64,000 nucleotides of DNA from Eledone cirrhosa (GCA_964016885.1 OZ024741.1:113770001-113834000); one strand, 5' to 3'; shown: positions 1-12,609, counted from the first letter of the stretch. Made by a program: numbers and translations. Notes: generated by a model from the sequence alone, not told the origin.

Positions 1-139
1 AGATGTAACTTTTTCCAAGTAAAAAGGTGAGGGTATTTTCGTCTACTGAATTTTGTTAAAAGATTAAAGACATTATTTAAATATTCACTTCTTTAAAATT
101 TTCAAATGTCAACACTTCCGGTTATACGACATTCCTAAC

Positions 140-300
140 ATCTTCACGAACCAAAGTATCATCTTCCTGTTTTCTTTCGGTTGCAACGTTTTTCGAAATA
201 TTTACTTCTGCGTTCACAGATTTATTTTTTTAGTTTCTGAAGATCCCGTTAAGGATGAAAGCAGCGATTCTTTGCTTAAACTTTAATCTGTTATTTTAAT
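140..300. repeat. Dispersed ~170-bp repeat, with an inverted copy at ~11880-12045; both abut (TA)n
   Basis: gatcccgttaaggatgaaagcagcgattctttgcttaaactttaatctgtta recurs as a diverged reverse complement near 11885-11940. Confidence 0.75.
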
Positions 301-490
301 ATATATATAATTATATATTCGTGTACAGATATTTTTGCATACACAAAAACAAAATATAAACAAACGTATTTATTTCACGAAAGCACAGACGGTTTATCGT
401 CATTGTTAATGCCGATATGCCACCCAAAAAGTCCTAGCCTGGCGCAAGATCAGATTTTCCAGAAGAAAAAATGTTACTCGACCAACAGAG

Positions 491-680
491 AGACTAAGCT
501 TCATAATTACCATCAACAAAGCTCAGGGTCAAACCCTAAAAGTCGCTAGCCTTCATCTGGGAAAACCATGGTCAATTGTTTGTTTGTTGGTTCCTTCGCG
601 TATCACACGAAAAAAACGAAAAGTGACAATCGGAAAGTATGTACAGTATTGAGATAAGAGTATATCCAGGAAAGTTTATT
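491..680 (+). mobile_element. Degraded Helitron PIF1-type helicase C-terminal fragment
   Basis: RLSFIITINKAQGQTLKVASLHLGKP...HGQLFV matches helicase motifs V-VI (TINKxQGQTL, HGQLYV). Confidence 0.75.
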
Positions 681-1101
681 GATACTAATTTTATAACACC
701 AAAGAAGAAGAAAGACATACCATGTATGCTAATCAACTTGACTGTTATTTCTAGCAGGTTGGGAATCAACCATAAGGGATTCTCTCTGCGAGTTCGTTGT
801 CAGTGATGATCGTGTTTCGCGGCCTATGTCTCCGATTCCAACGGTGGTTTACACACACACACACGCACATGCACACACACGAACACACACACGAACACTC
901 ACACAAGCACATACACACACACACATATATATACACACACACACACAAACACTCACATACACACACACATATATATACACAAACACACACAAACATACAT
1001 ACACACTGTAAACAAGACAATGCATTCCATACATACATTTTCTCTTCTGCTGGTCTTCTCTTATCATTTGTTAACCTTGGCAAAGCTGGGTACCTCAGCT
1101 A

Positions 1102-1138
<37 letters not shown>

Positions 1139-1671
1139 GTGTCTGCGTGTAAGTATATAAATAATTTAAACTAAAAGTGGATACAAATATATAAAGAAAA
1201 TAATTAGGAATACAAGTGAAAATTGAGTAACGTATTAGCACTAAATAGTTGATAAATTCTTACTGAGACAGATATTGTATTATATAAAGGAAACCAACAG
1301 AGATGCTGATGTATTAAATTGTATTTTATTTCCTTGTCTATCGTTTACACTACACAGCTCCAATTCATCAGTGTGTGAGAATGAAGTAAGTGTTGTGTAA
1401 TATCTTAGTTTAGCTGGTTGTCATCTATATTATCAGCACAGCTCTAGTTCCTTGAAATAAATAATAGAACAGAAGCTAATGACACAAAAGTTATTCAAGA
1501 AACAAAAAACACTATAAGAATTGACAGAATGTCAGAGTATATAAATTTTCAGAAATTACCAAAAAATGAAATTATAAAACTATTTATCTTCTTAATAATA
1601 AAAGTCTATACAAATATTTACATTGTTTGATATTAACTACTAATTCTGTATTTATATGGTTTCTTTTCTAG

Positions 1672-1727
1672 ATATTTCTGCCCGAGGACAGAACGACACT
1701 TCTTCATGATTTAGCCTGTATTGCCAG
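1672..1727 (+). CDS. M1 aminopeptidase (ENPEP/ANPEP-like), internal exon A
   Basis: Polypyrimidine tract, AG acceptor and GT donor; 56 nt; IFLPEDRTTLLHDLACIA(R) resembles the M1 'F...DRASLIDDAFALAR' segment; phase 0 to 2. Confidence 0.85.
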
Positions 1728-2119
1728 GTAAATTTATAAAAGTATTGTTAATGCTTTGCAGTATTCATTCCAGCTCTCTGCACTCTGAGTTCAAAACCCA
1801 TCAAAGTCAACTTGGCCTTTCATCTTTTAGACGTCAATAAAAAAACCAACAGTTCAGTCACATCTGCCTTTCTGTCACATCTGGCTGTGTTCAAGCCTGG
1901 GGAGGGGATGGGCTCCACCAGATTTAAAATGTCCAAGACACACTGTATATTACTAATGTGCCCATATAACTCCATGTGGAGTTACAGGGTCATTCATACA
2001 TAACATTCTGAAATGCTACTGTATATATACTTATCAATTATATATATGTGTGTGTCTGTGTGAATATGTGTGTGTGCTTAATGATAATAATAATGATAAT
2101 GATAATAATAATAATAATT

Positions 2120-3090
2120 AAAAAAACAGAGAAAAAGCAAAGCAGGTAAAAGTAACTGCAAAGAAAGAACTGCTACAGAAACTGGCTAAGAAATGGAAAG
2201 AAAAGCCTCTATATGATAAATACCCAGAAAAAGCTAACAATCCTGATGTTGATAAAACTTTAACCCATCAGTGGTTGGCATCCTCTGGATTGAAATGGGA
2301 GACTGAAGGACTGATTATATCAGCACAAGATCAGTGTCTGCCAACAAAAAATGATCAAGCCAACATCATAAAAAATGGATGCAACCCATTATGCCGTGTA
2401 TATAAAAAACAACCAGAGACCATTGATCATATAATTTCAATGTGCAGTCCTATAGCTCCAACCGAATACCTAAACAGGCATGACAGAGCTGCACAATACA
2501 TGTATAAGCATTTTGACCTGCCCATCAAAAGAATTGGTGGGAGCATCAACCACCTCCCATACTTGAAAAAGATCACATCTCAATCTTGTGGAACTTTAGC
2601 ATCCAAACAGACCGAAAAATAGATGCAAATAGACCTGATATAATACTGAAGGAATTTAAAATGAGGGTATGCCTGCTAATTGATATGTCCATTCCAATAG
2701 ACAAGAATGTATCTATAAAAAACATTTGAAAAATTGAGCAAGTATAAGGACCTGGAGATAGAGATTGGAAAAATGTGAAAGTTGAGAACTAAACAATACC
2801 AGTGGTTGTAGGCGCTCTAGGAATGATACCTAAGAGGTCTAATGATTACTTATCCCAAATCCCAGGAAACCCGCGTATAGAAGAAATACAAAAGATAGTA
2901 CTAATGGGAACTGCCCATATACTAAGGAAGATTCTGTCAATATAAGTACATCACAAGTCTAAATACCTAAAGATGCATCTGTGTGTATGTATGTTCTTTC
3001 TTGAACATGGCGGACCTTGTTGTCTCTTGAGGTCACTGGTTGTGACTTGGTGATAACTCGTATAAACATAAAGCAAGATAAATGAAATAA
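2120..3090 (+). mobile_element. R4/Dong-clade non-LTR retrotransposon, 3' fragment (CCHC knuckle plus restriction-like endonuclease), frameshifted
   Basis: LKWETEGLIISAQDQ, CR..ETIDHIISMC, NRPDII, LLIDMSIP, KYKDLE, EIQKIVLMGTAHILRK; flanked by (TAA)n. Confidence 0.85.
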
Positions 3091-3167
3091 TAATAATGAT
3101 AATAATGATACTGATAATGGTTCAGATCGAATCCAGTGATTTTCATTTCGTTGTTTACAATTTGCTC

Positions 3168-3873
3168 AACATTAAAGTACTCACAATTTCATCAGTTGAA
3201 ATAACCAGTATCCTTCTAGTTTAGCACACAGAGATCCATCAGAATACTAAAATCTACTTCTAAGCTGGTACAGTACTGTTTCAAATTTCGTGGAGAATCT
3301 GGTGGTCATCAATTAATATTAAATCCATAACCTGCAGGTTCCGGACAATGGAATTTCCATGAGCTAGCTGTCCTATGAAGGATTTCTGTAAATTGACCTT
3401 GCTACTAAATTTTCAAGTCGGTGCCGATATCCCACGTGTATGATTAACTGCTATTCAGTAAGAAAATTAAAGCAACAGTGGCTGACTGGCTGGGATTGGT
3501 AGTAATGGTTAATATAGCAACACAATATCACCAATGGGGAGAACTCGACCATAATTAAAGAAAAAAATTGGGGAGTTGATTATAATAATAAAGGTTTTAG
3601 ATTGATATCCAGTGATTGATATCATTGTTTTCAATTTGTTCAACAAATTCATTTGGAGCCAAAGCATAGGATCAATTGTAATACAACAGTCCCAACCAGA
3701 AGCCAAGGCAATGAAAACAGTGTAATTATTGTATAAACAGATCAACATAAGAGAACATTAAAGTACGCACAATTTCATCAATTGAAACAATCAATATCCT
3801 CCTAGTTTAGCACACAAAGATCTACTGGAGTACAATAATCCAATTCTAAGCTGGTACAGTACTGTTTCAAATT
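3168..3873. repeat. Pair of ~120-bp diverged direct repeats (3168-3287 and 3754-3873)
   Basis: aacattaaagtac...ctagtttagcacaca...ttctaagctggtacagtactgtttcaaatt occurs twice, period 586 nt. Confidence 0.85.
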
Positions 3874-5113
3874 CCATGTATATACATATATATCATCATC
3901 GTTTTTACGCCCTTTTTTTGGCACAGCATCTCTCCACACGCTGCATTTCTTCAGTGATTTGAGGACAGCTATCACCACCTCTGCTCAGGTCTTTCTCGGT
4001 TAATCTCTACTGTGGCTTCCATCCACTAGTATTTCCTGGCACTGCTTTACCCATCGATCAACATCCATACACATAACATGTCCATACACATAACAGCAGA
4101 GTGTCCATACTATCCATTAGGATATAGTGTTGGACTGTTATACAAAAATGTTATATACAGTTTATGGTTACAGGCCAAAATTGCCTCGGATTTTTTGTTT
4201 AAGATTGGTTAATTGGTATAAAGGATCTCCATGGTTTCAATGGCACAAAGATCACACAGTCTTTTATTTCCAGTATAGGATGTAGCTTTAACAAATATCT
4301 CCCTGTGTAACCTATATCGGATATTATTGTCTTTTAAACTCCAGATATAGGCTGAAGTCAAGTCAAATTCCTTCTCAAAGGGTTTTGAAATGAATTAAAG
4401 TGCATATATAGACGCTGCTTAAATCCATTGGCAGTTAATCCTATGTAAGCCTTACTAATAGTGGGTGTATCAACCTTACATTTGAAAAATATATTGCCTG
4501 ATAGGCATTTCCCAGCAAGAGGGCAGTAGTCCCTATTGATACAATTCCAGCTAGAACTAACTGCAGGATTATTTTACTATGGTTATGTAATTTAGCTAAG
4601 TTAGCTGCAGTAATGTTGTGTGCGATGTTGGGAGTTGTGGAACAGGATATTTTAATTGTGTTTCTATTAAAAATCTTGTGATATTTATGTGCAAAGGAGA
4701 AATGCTTCCTAATTAAAGTAAGAAAGGCTTTAGCTATTGGTGTGGCCACAGTCATATTATATGGTGGGTTATACCATATAATGCATCTAAATCTATTTTT
4801 CTTAGGTTTTTGCTCGTATTCAGTGTATTTTAACTTATCTAGAAATCCGCTCTGAACTAGAGCTTAATTGTAATATGTGGAATAATCAGTGGAGATATGC
4901 TCATTAGCTGATAAAGGAGAAAGCCTCAATGAGATGTTTTTGACCAGATTTTTAGTTATGCTTGCTGGATGGTTAGAGTGCTTACTAATGTAATTTAACA
5001 TGTTATTATGCTTTCTATATGGGTAGGACAAGCCATTTGACATATTAAGTGTCACATCAAGGAAATTCAAGACATATAGGTTGACCTCAACTTGAATGGA
5101 AAGGTTGAATCCT

Positions 5114-5966
5114 TTAATCCTTTAGCATTTAAAACAGCCATATCCGGCCAGAATTCTCTAACCTCCTTCTGTTCAAACCAGCCATAACCAGCCACTCATA
5201 TTGATGTTGAGGTATTGTTCTCAAAATAAATAATATCAAAATCTCAAAGATTCAATGTTATATGAGATAATTATGTGAGATAAAACCTTTACCACACAAA
5301 TACAATCTATATATATAAAACTGAGGATGTCTGTCTGTGTGTGTGTATGAGTTTGAATCCCTAACACTCGAGAAGTACCCAACCGATTTTTTTCAAACTT
5401 TACATGTGTATTACCTATGTTTTGGGGAGTGTTATGCAACTTTTTGATCCCCTAGGGCCCGCATTAGGTGAAAAACTGCTTTTTTCAGCTTTTTAAGGGT
5501 TTTTTGAGGCATTACGTGAGACCGATTTCCTTGAAATTGTAACTATGTATTAGTCAGTCTCTTCTTCATACTGTGAGCAAAGAAAATCCAACTTTTTCAT
5601 GGCCTAGGGCCCGGATTAGGTGAAAAACTTCATTTTTTTTCAGCTTTTTAGGGCTCTTTTGAGGCATTACATCTAGCCAATTTTCCCAAAATTTCAAAGC
5701 ATATTATGCACATCAAAAAAATTCATTTTCTTGGTCCCCTAGGGTCTGCATTAGGTGAAGACCTGTATTTTTCCTGCTTCATTGAGGAAAATCTTAAAGA
5801 TTATCCAGCCATCAGAGTATTCGGTTTATTTTCTTTACATATTGTCCAGGCATGCAGTTTTTCCACGATTAGGTCTGTTGGCAGCCCACATTCCAAAATA
5901 CCTTATCCCGTGCAACGCTGGGTATCACTGCTAGTAGTATATATAATGTAAAGGCTAAAGGGTTAA
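5114..5966. mobile_element. piggyBac-like MITE (TTAA-flanked) split by a Helitron
   Basis: ttaa-(t)cctttagcatt...gctaaaggg-ttaa; uninterrupted relative at 53595-53814. Confidence 0.8.
5306..5934 (+). mobile_element. Non-autonomous Helitron
   Basis: 5' TC after A, subterminal hairpin cccgtgcaacgctggg (5907-5922), 3' CTAG before T, no TSD; three internal ctaggg..c.gcattaggtgaa-type repeats. Confidence 0.88.
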
Positions 5967-6575
5967 AGAAAGCTCAAGATCTGTACTTAGTCATAGTCAA
6001 AAGCCCATCATCACAGTACAGACTCCTGCCTACATTAGAGAATTCAGCCTTAATAAGGCCTGTGACCACCGTCAAATTGCTGGCACCCATGCTCATATAA
6101 AAGGGGTTACTATTTGATTTTTTAAACCAAACAGACTTGTCGAAATTCTCATAGATTTACAAGTCCCCCATCTTGGCTAGAGTCTAATGACTGAAACCAG
6201 TAAAAGAATATAAGTATGAATATATCATAGTAAATATTATGAATATTATAAATGTGGCTATGTAATTGTGATTGTGAATATATAAATATCATGTTATAAC
6301 ATAATTATAAATATTATATTGAATACTATAATAATAATATCTATTGCAAATATTGCAAATGTGGATAAATGATTGTGGATAACAAAAACATATTTTCACT
6401 CACATATTCTTCAAATGTCTGTTAGGGCAAATAAAGCCTCTCCAAATAATTTAGCTGAACTCCCAAGTAAGAGCAACCGAGGTTATGGATGTTATCCAGC
6501 CACCTTTCTCATGGTTTGCCTCTGGATCTCCTGTCAGTTGGACTTACTTGTAAAATCATTCTTTCAATTCTTTCC

Positions 6576-6783
6576 TTAACCTTTTAGCATTTATATTACT
6601 CTATATTTACTATTGTATTTTTATGGTAAACACTTTATCTCACATAATATTGAATCTATAAGATTTTAATATTATTTATTTTGAGAACAATACCCTAACA
6701 TCAGTAACAGTGACCAGTTACAAGCGGTTTGAACACAAAGAGGTGAGAGAATTCTGGCCGGATGCAGCAGGTTTAAATGCTAA
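6576..6783. mobile_element. piggyBac-like MITE, same family, opposite orientation, one end eroded
   Basis: ttaaccttttagcatt start; reverse-complement similarity to 53595-53814. Confidence 0.7.
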
Positions 6784-7065
6784 CCACATGTCCATAGTAT
6801 TGGAACTAAGATCTCAGTTACTCGGAGCAATTCCCTGATCTTCAAGCTATGCACACTAACAAGTATTGTTAGTCTAGAAACACTTCAGAGGAACTCCATT
6901 TTGGCTGATTGTATTTGCAATAATGATTATATGAACAAATATTTTATAAATGTGGATATAACATTGTAAATGTTAAGGAAATATATGATGACAGATATTA
7001 ACGAAAACAATATTTCATTTTATTAATTATATTATATTCATTTTATTTATTTGTGTTATTTATAG

Positions 7066-7213
7066 GATTGGAAAAGTGAACTATTCACTGTATCTTGATG
7101 CTTCTGAGTATCTTGTCCAAGAAAATGAATATGTTCCATTTTATACTGGCATACAGGATCTTCTGGTATTGAATAAGTTCATGGTATATACACCATCTTA
7201 TGAATTTTACAGG
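7066..7213 (+). CDS. M1 aminopeptidase exon B
   Basis: ag|...|gtaagt; 148 nt; (R)IGKVNYSLYLDASEYLVQENEYVPFYTGIQDLLVLNKFMVYTPSYEFYR; phase-compatible with exon A. Confidence 0.9.
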
Positions 7214-7352
7214 GTAAGTATGAAAGATACTCTCATTCTTACTATCCCCAGAATCTCCCTTTAATCACTCCTTCTTCTCTTTCTTAACTCTCACTCTCTT
7301 CTCACTCTTTACTCTCTCTCTCTGTCTCACCCTTTATATACATACATACATG

Positions 7353-7401
<49 letters not shown>

Positions 7402-7425
7402 GTGTGTGTGTGTGTGTGTCTATGT

Positions 7426-7460
<35 letters not shown>

Positions 7461-7497
7461 GAAAGATTTGAATGGATACAGTTTAGTTGAAAGGAAT

Positions 7498-7614
7498 TTA
7501 TTGACACGTGTTTCTATAACAGTTACATAACCTAAAACAGCTATCTACAAACTTTTAGTTACGCAGACATTCAATATTTCAATGTTATTATTTACTGTCA
7601 TTTCATCAGAATAA
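7498..7614 (-). ncRNA. Type I hammerhead ribozyme motif with long stem II, left pLTR arm
   Basis: Reverse-complement copy of 11589-11705. Confidence 0.65.
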
Positions 7615-8202
7615 TATTACTGAGGACCTATTTAGTTTTTATAGAGAATATTAGGAGGGAGGGGTGAAGTTGTTAGAAGAATAGTTGAAGGAGTGGTTTT
7701 TCGATAGCAGTGAGAATTCTTGGTGGCAGTGAGTAATTAGATTCCCATCTGTTGTTTTGACATTTTTTATAGAATATATTATTGGTTATTTTTCTAAATC
7801 TATAGAAGGATTAGAGATAGTGAAGATATGCGTGGTTGGTTTTGTGTTTGCACTTAATTAACATTCAGACTTAAATTTTTCTTTCAAGTGTAGGTATCCT
7901 TTCACCCACGCATTCACACATAAATATATTTGCACACCTCTACAAAATACATATACACACAATTCACATATTCATACTTACACATACATACACATGCATA
8001 CACATATATATACACACATGTATTCATGTACATACATACGCGCTCATGTGTATACATTTTCATACTCAACTTATCTTTATATACACACGTATAGACACAC
8101 ACATATATACATACATACTCTAGTCCATGTGTACACACATTCACATACATACACATCCATATACACATATATACATACACATATATACACACACATATAC
8201 AT

Positions 8203-8273
<71 letters not shown>

Positions 8274-8590
8274 CATACACAAACATACATATACACACAT
8301 ACACATATATATATATATATAAGCACTTTAATACATGAATACACTTACATCTAACTATACACATCAAACATATATATATGTTTACTTATTTATATACATT
8401 TTCACATATATATACATACTTATGGACGTTTTTAGACACATTCATTATCGCATATTTGTACCTATTCTCATCAGCATATCTTTTCATTATTAGTATGGTA
8501 ATTTAAGGTTATTAATATATGTTGAGAAGAGATTGTTTTTATATTTTTCTAACTAGATTAAGGTTTATATAGTTGGGGGATGTCCCTCTT

Positions 8591-9110
8591 TTATGTAATA
8601 TTCGGCTTGTAGTGGGAAAAAAGGGTTTTAGTTCTGTGACGGCAGAATAATGTTCGTTCAATTCTGTTATTCAGCAGTTTCTTCTTGTGTGTGATTATGT
8701 AATAAATCTCAAGATTACACAATTTGCAGAAATTTTGGCTCCTGGAAAAGCTTTGGGTTTTAGCTAATTTTTCCCATTTTAGGGTAAACTTTTGATCGCT
8801 ATCCCTGAGCGTCCAAGCTTTTTCTGCTAGAGTTGTTACATTTCTTTGGCTCTGGTGTTTTATTGAGTAAGAATGCCTATACAATCGAGATTTAAACGAT
8901 GTTGCCGTTGATCCCACGTAATACCACTCGTTGCCTCCGGATTTAATGGTACACTTATAAATAATATTTTTTTCCAGGCAGTTATTGCCGAGGGGGCAGT
9001 TGTCAGGATAGGTGCAGTTACAGTTGTGTACGTTGGGTTTTCTCTGGAGTAGTATTGCGGACGAACTTAGGTGTGGTTTATTTATGTTCTGTAGTGTATT
9101 GTCTACTGTT
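8591..9110 (-). CDS. PLE linker plus GIY-YIG endonuclease, in a +1 frame relative to the RT
   Basis: NCNCTYPDNCPLGNNCLEKNIIYKC...WYYVGSTATSFKSRLYRH...CKLCNLE...LLNNR..CRH; removing one base from the T9 run at 9109-9117 would fuse it to the RT. Confidence 0.88.
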
Positions 9111-10477
9111 TTTTTTTGTGTTCTTTGTACTTAAGTTCTTAGTGTTTTCGTTTAACCTTCTAGTATTGATCTTTTTTATGTGTTGTTCAAGGTTTAACGC
9201 TGTAGAGTATGACAGTCTTATAGTGGTAGGGTTTAGGATTTTGTGGTATTTGTGTGATGTGGGAAAATGTCTTTTAATTATTTTAAAGAAGAGTACTGGT
9301 AAATTTGTACTAATGGAGCTATTGTATTCGGGGTTATACCATAAGTACTCTTTGCATCGCTTTCTATTAGTTTTGTTTGTTGGTTTACTGGTGTGCATAC
9401 TATGGTAGTAAGTGTGGTTTGGTCTTGTGTTATTATATCTACCTATGTGGGATTTATTTTGGGTGTTTTGATTGTTCCCATCTATGTACTCTATTTTGTT
9501 GAGGTAGCCTGCTTTACTAAGGGCGTTATCGTAGTACTCGGCGTGTTCCTTAAATACTTGTATGTTAGAAGATAGACCCGAGATTCTAAGGGAAATATTT
9601 TTAGGGATAGATTTAATTATAGAGATGGGGTGGTTAGACCCAACATTTACGTATTTGAGATTTTCATTCAATTTATGAAACGGTTTAATCAAACCAGAGT
9701 TTAAATTGAGTGTGACATCCAGGAAGTTAACTACTTTAAGGTTGTATTCATATGTTATAGTTAGTCCTATTTCGAGTAATAGTTTTCTTATATCTTTGCG
9801 TAGTTTTTCTAGTTTTTGGTTATTAAGGTTTTTAGCTAGGAGGAGAACATCGTCGCGGTATATTCCGCCGTGGAGATTGCTGAATTTTTCCTGGAGTCTA
9901 AAGGCGATAAATAGCCCCACAATATCAGTTATTTCCGCCGAATCGTTAGAGCCCATTGTTATGTCAAAGTTAGAGGGTCTATCTTTACGTACCCAATAAC
10001 TGTTCTCAAATTTGACTATAGTTTTCCTAGCTTCTAATATAATCTTAATTTCATCGTTTGTAAGGTCAGAGTTATCCTTAGCAAACTTAATGGCTCTATT
10101 CAAAGTTTCAGGTGATATCGATGAGTAATATTCATCGATATCAAACTGGATAAACTTAGATTTATTCTTATTGCTAATGCTATTAAACCATCTTATTGCT
10201 TCTTGGGTCTTCCCCCAGAGTTTAATGTTAACCTTAGCCTTAATTTGGGGGATGATTCTATCTAAGATATATTTGCTTATTTTACCTATATCTGATTTAG
10301 AGGGGCAGATTAATCTAATTTTAGGGTCATTATCAAAGTTTACCTTGTGGTCCTTAAGATTGAAGGTGGGTACCGCCGGTAAGAGTGGTCCTGTCCTATC
10401 TTCGATTCCGAGATTTTTCACTATTTCGCATGCCTCATCATTGATGTGCTTAAGGGTTACTTCACTCGTTTTTCTAT
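9078..10477 (-). CDS. PLE reverse transcriptase (5'-truncated; ORF-track N-terminus MCDYVINLKITQ comes from the inverted arm)
   Basis: LKDHK, IRLICP, FIQFDI..YY, FDITMGS.DSAE, GGIYRDD, NFLDVT, SNHP, WYNP motifs. Confidence 0.9.
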
Positions 10478-10927
10478 ATTGTGTAATCTTGAGATTTATT
10501 ACATAATCACACACAAGAAGAAACTGCTGAATAACAGAATTGAACGAACATTATTCTGCCGTCACAGAACTAAAACCCTTTTTTCCCACTACAAGCCGAA
10601 TATTACATAAAAGAGGGACATCCCCCAACTATATAAACCTTAATCTAGTTAGAAAAATATAAAAACAATCTCTTCTCAACATATATTAATAACCTTAAAT
10701 TACCATACTAATAATGAAAAGATATGCTGATGAGAATAGGTACAAATATGCGATAATGAATGTGTCTAAAAACGTCCATAAGTATGTATATATATGTGAA
10801 AATGTATATAAATAAGTAAATATATATATATGTTTGATGTGTATAGTTAGATGTAAGTGTATTCATGTATTAAAGTGCTTATATATATATATATATGTGT
10901 ATGTGTGTATATGTATGTTTGTGTATG

Positions 10928-11000
<73 letters not shown>

Positions 11001-11588
11001 ATGTATATGTGTGTGTATATATGTGTATGTATATATGTGTATATGGATGTGTATGTATGTGAATGTGTGTACACATGGAATAGAGTATGTATGTATATAT
11101 GTGTGTGTCTATACGTGTGTATATAAAGATAAGTTGAGTATGAAAATGTATACACATGAGCGCGTATGTATGTACATGAATACATGTGTGTATATATATG
11201 TGTATGCATGTGTATGTATGTGTAAGTATGAATATGTGAATTGTGTGTATATGTATTTTGTAGAGGTGTGCAAATATATTTATGTGTGAATGCGTGGGTG
11301 AAAGGATACGTACACTTGAAAGAAAAATTTAAGTCTGAATGTTAATTAAGTGCAAACACAAAACCAACCACGCATATCTTCACTATCTCTAATCCTTCTA
11401 TAGATTTAGAAAAATAACCAATAATATATTCTATAAAAAATGTCAAAACAACAGATGGGAATCTAATTACTCACTGCCACCAAGAATTCTCACTGCTATC
11501 GAAAAACCACTCCTTCAACTATTCTTCTAACAACTTCACCCCTCCCTCCTAATATTCTCTATAAAAACTAAATAGGTCCTCAGTAATA

Positions 11589-11705
11589 TTATTCTGATGA
11601 AATGACAGTAAATAATAACATTGAAATATTGAATGTCTGCGTAACTAAAAGTTTGTAGATAGCTGTTTTAGGTTATGTAACTGTTATAGAAACACGTGTC
11701 AATAA
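11589..11705 (+). ncRNA. Type I hammerhead ribozyme motif with long stem II, right pLTR arm
   Basis: ttatt-CTGATGA-a-atgacagt[~70 nt]actgttat-a-GAAAC-acgt-GTC-aataa; stem I ttatt/aataa, palindromic stem III. Confidence 0.65.
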
Positions 11706-12609
11706 ATTCCTTTCAACTAAACTGTATCCATTCAAATCTTTCTATTTTTCTCCGGATTACTTTTGGAACTACAACTGGAACCGTCGAGCAAACTCTACGT
11801 GAGCTGATAATCTACTGTGTGTAATATTTATATTACAACACAACGGAAAATACTGTATATATATATATATATATATTTATTAATATAACAGATTAAAGTT
11901 TAAGCAAAGAATCGCTGCTTTCACCCTTAACGGGATCTTCTGAAACTAACAAAGTCAATCTGTAAACGCAGAACTGGATATTTCAAAAAACGTTGCAACC
12001 GGAGGAAGACAGGAAGACGATACTTTGGTTCATGGTGACGTTCGCTGGCAAAGAACGGGAAAAAACGAATAATACGTCATTAATAGGAGCGGTGAAAAAC
12101 AATTACGCGCAAAGACAGAACCACGTTTATGGTATAAAAGAGGTCGTATATATATATAATAACTAGAAATTGATTAATATATATATAAACATGAATAATC
12201 ACAGGAGATAATTTTTACAAGTGTGTAACCACACATAGCTAGGTAGGTAACGAAATAAAGTTGACCAGAACTTCAAAAATAGATACCTTATAATATGATT
12301 AATCTTCCCTGTATATATTCCATTAAAGAAATATATTTCACCAATTAATCGGATGGTAAACCACGGAAGTGGAGATTTGGATCTTCAACAAGGAAGAAAT
12401 TTCCAGCGATCCGTGTTTACACAACAAGTTCAAATCTGCGACTGGCCATCACCACATGTAGTATTTACTAGAAATACACACATCATAGTAGCTTCGTCCC
12501 AGTGGCGTGAATAGGGTTATCGACAACTAGAAACAGCAGTCGAGTCCTTTCAACAGAGTTAGCTCTACAATTAAGGAGCCGTATTTATATATCTATATCC
12601 AAAATTAAG

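Larger units (their letters stand above)
4150..6160 (-). mobile_element. Degraded Naiad-type Penelope-like element (RT 3' part, linker, GIY-YIG), interrupted by a MITE and a Helitron
   Basis: NFLDVTLNM, HSNHP, IWYNPPY, HKYHKIFNRNTIKISCS, WNC..DYCPLAGKCL and LCDLC motifs parallel the element at 8591-10477. Confidence 0.8.
7458..11855 (-). mobile_element. Young Penelope-like element (Naiad type), 5'-truncated, with inverted pseudo-LTR, inserted in (TA)n
   Basis: RT plus C-terminal GIY-YIG with a CxC-x5-CP-x4-C linker; arms 7458-8723 and 10478-11744 are near-perfect inverted repeats; right arm has an extra ~110-nt tail. Confidence 0.92.

Noticed and set aside
237-275. CTGAAGA-tcc..gga-t-GAAAG hammerhead-like motif
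   Set aside because: No stem I, and the second copy near 11940 reads CAGAAGA
766-1135. His/Thr- and Cys/Val-rich ORFs (also 7914-8367, 10834-11289, 52536-53323)
   Set aside because: Translations of (CA)n, (TA)n and (CT)n microsatellites, not proteins
1330-1380. Minus-strand CTGATGA...TAAACGATAGAC
   Set aside because: Core G12 and the cleavage triplet are altered and there is no stem I; at most a fossil
10478-10514. Predicted start of the 478-aa RT ORF
   Set aside because: These codons are the antisense of the element's own 3' end (inverted arm), not a true N-terminus
10724-10780. Second hammerhead-like motif in the pLTR (tatg-CTGATGA...AAAAC-GTC-cata)
   Set aside because: Lacks G12 in both arms and stem II is poorly anchored; not called
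11594-11645. Possible SECIS element in the Naiad 3' UTR
   Set aside because: No 3' GA quartet partner, and no in-frame TGA in the visible ORF
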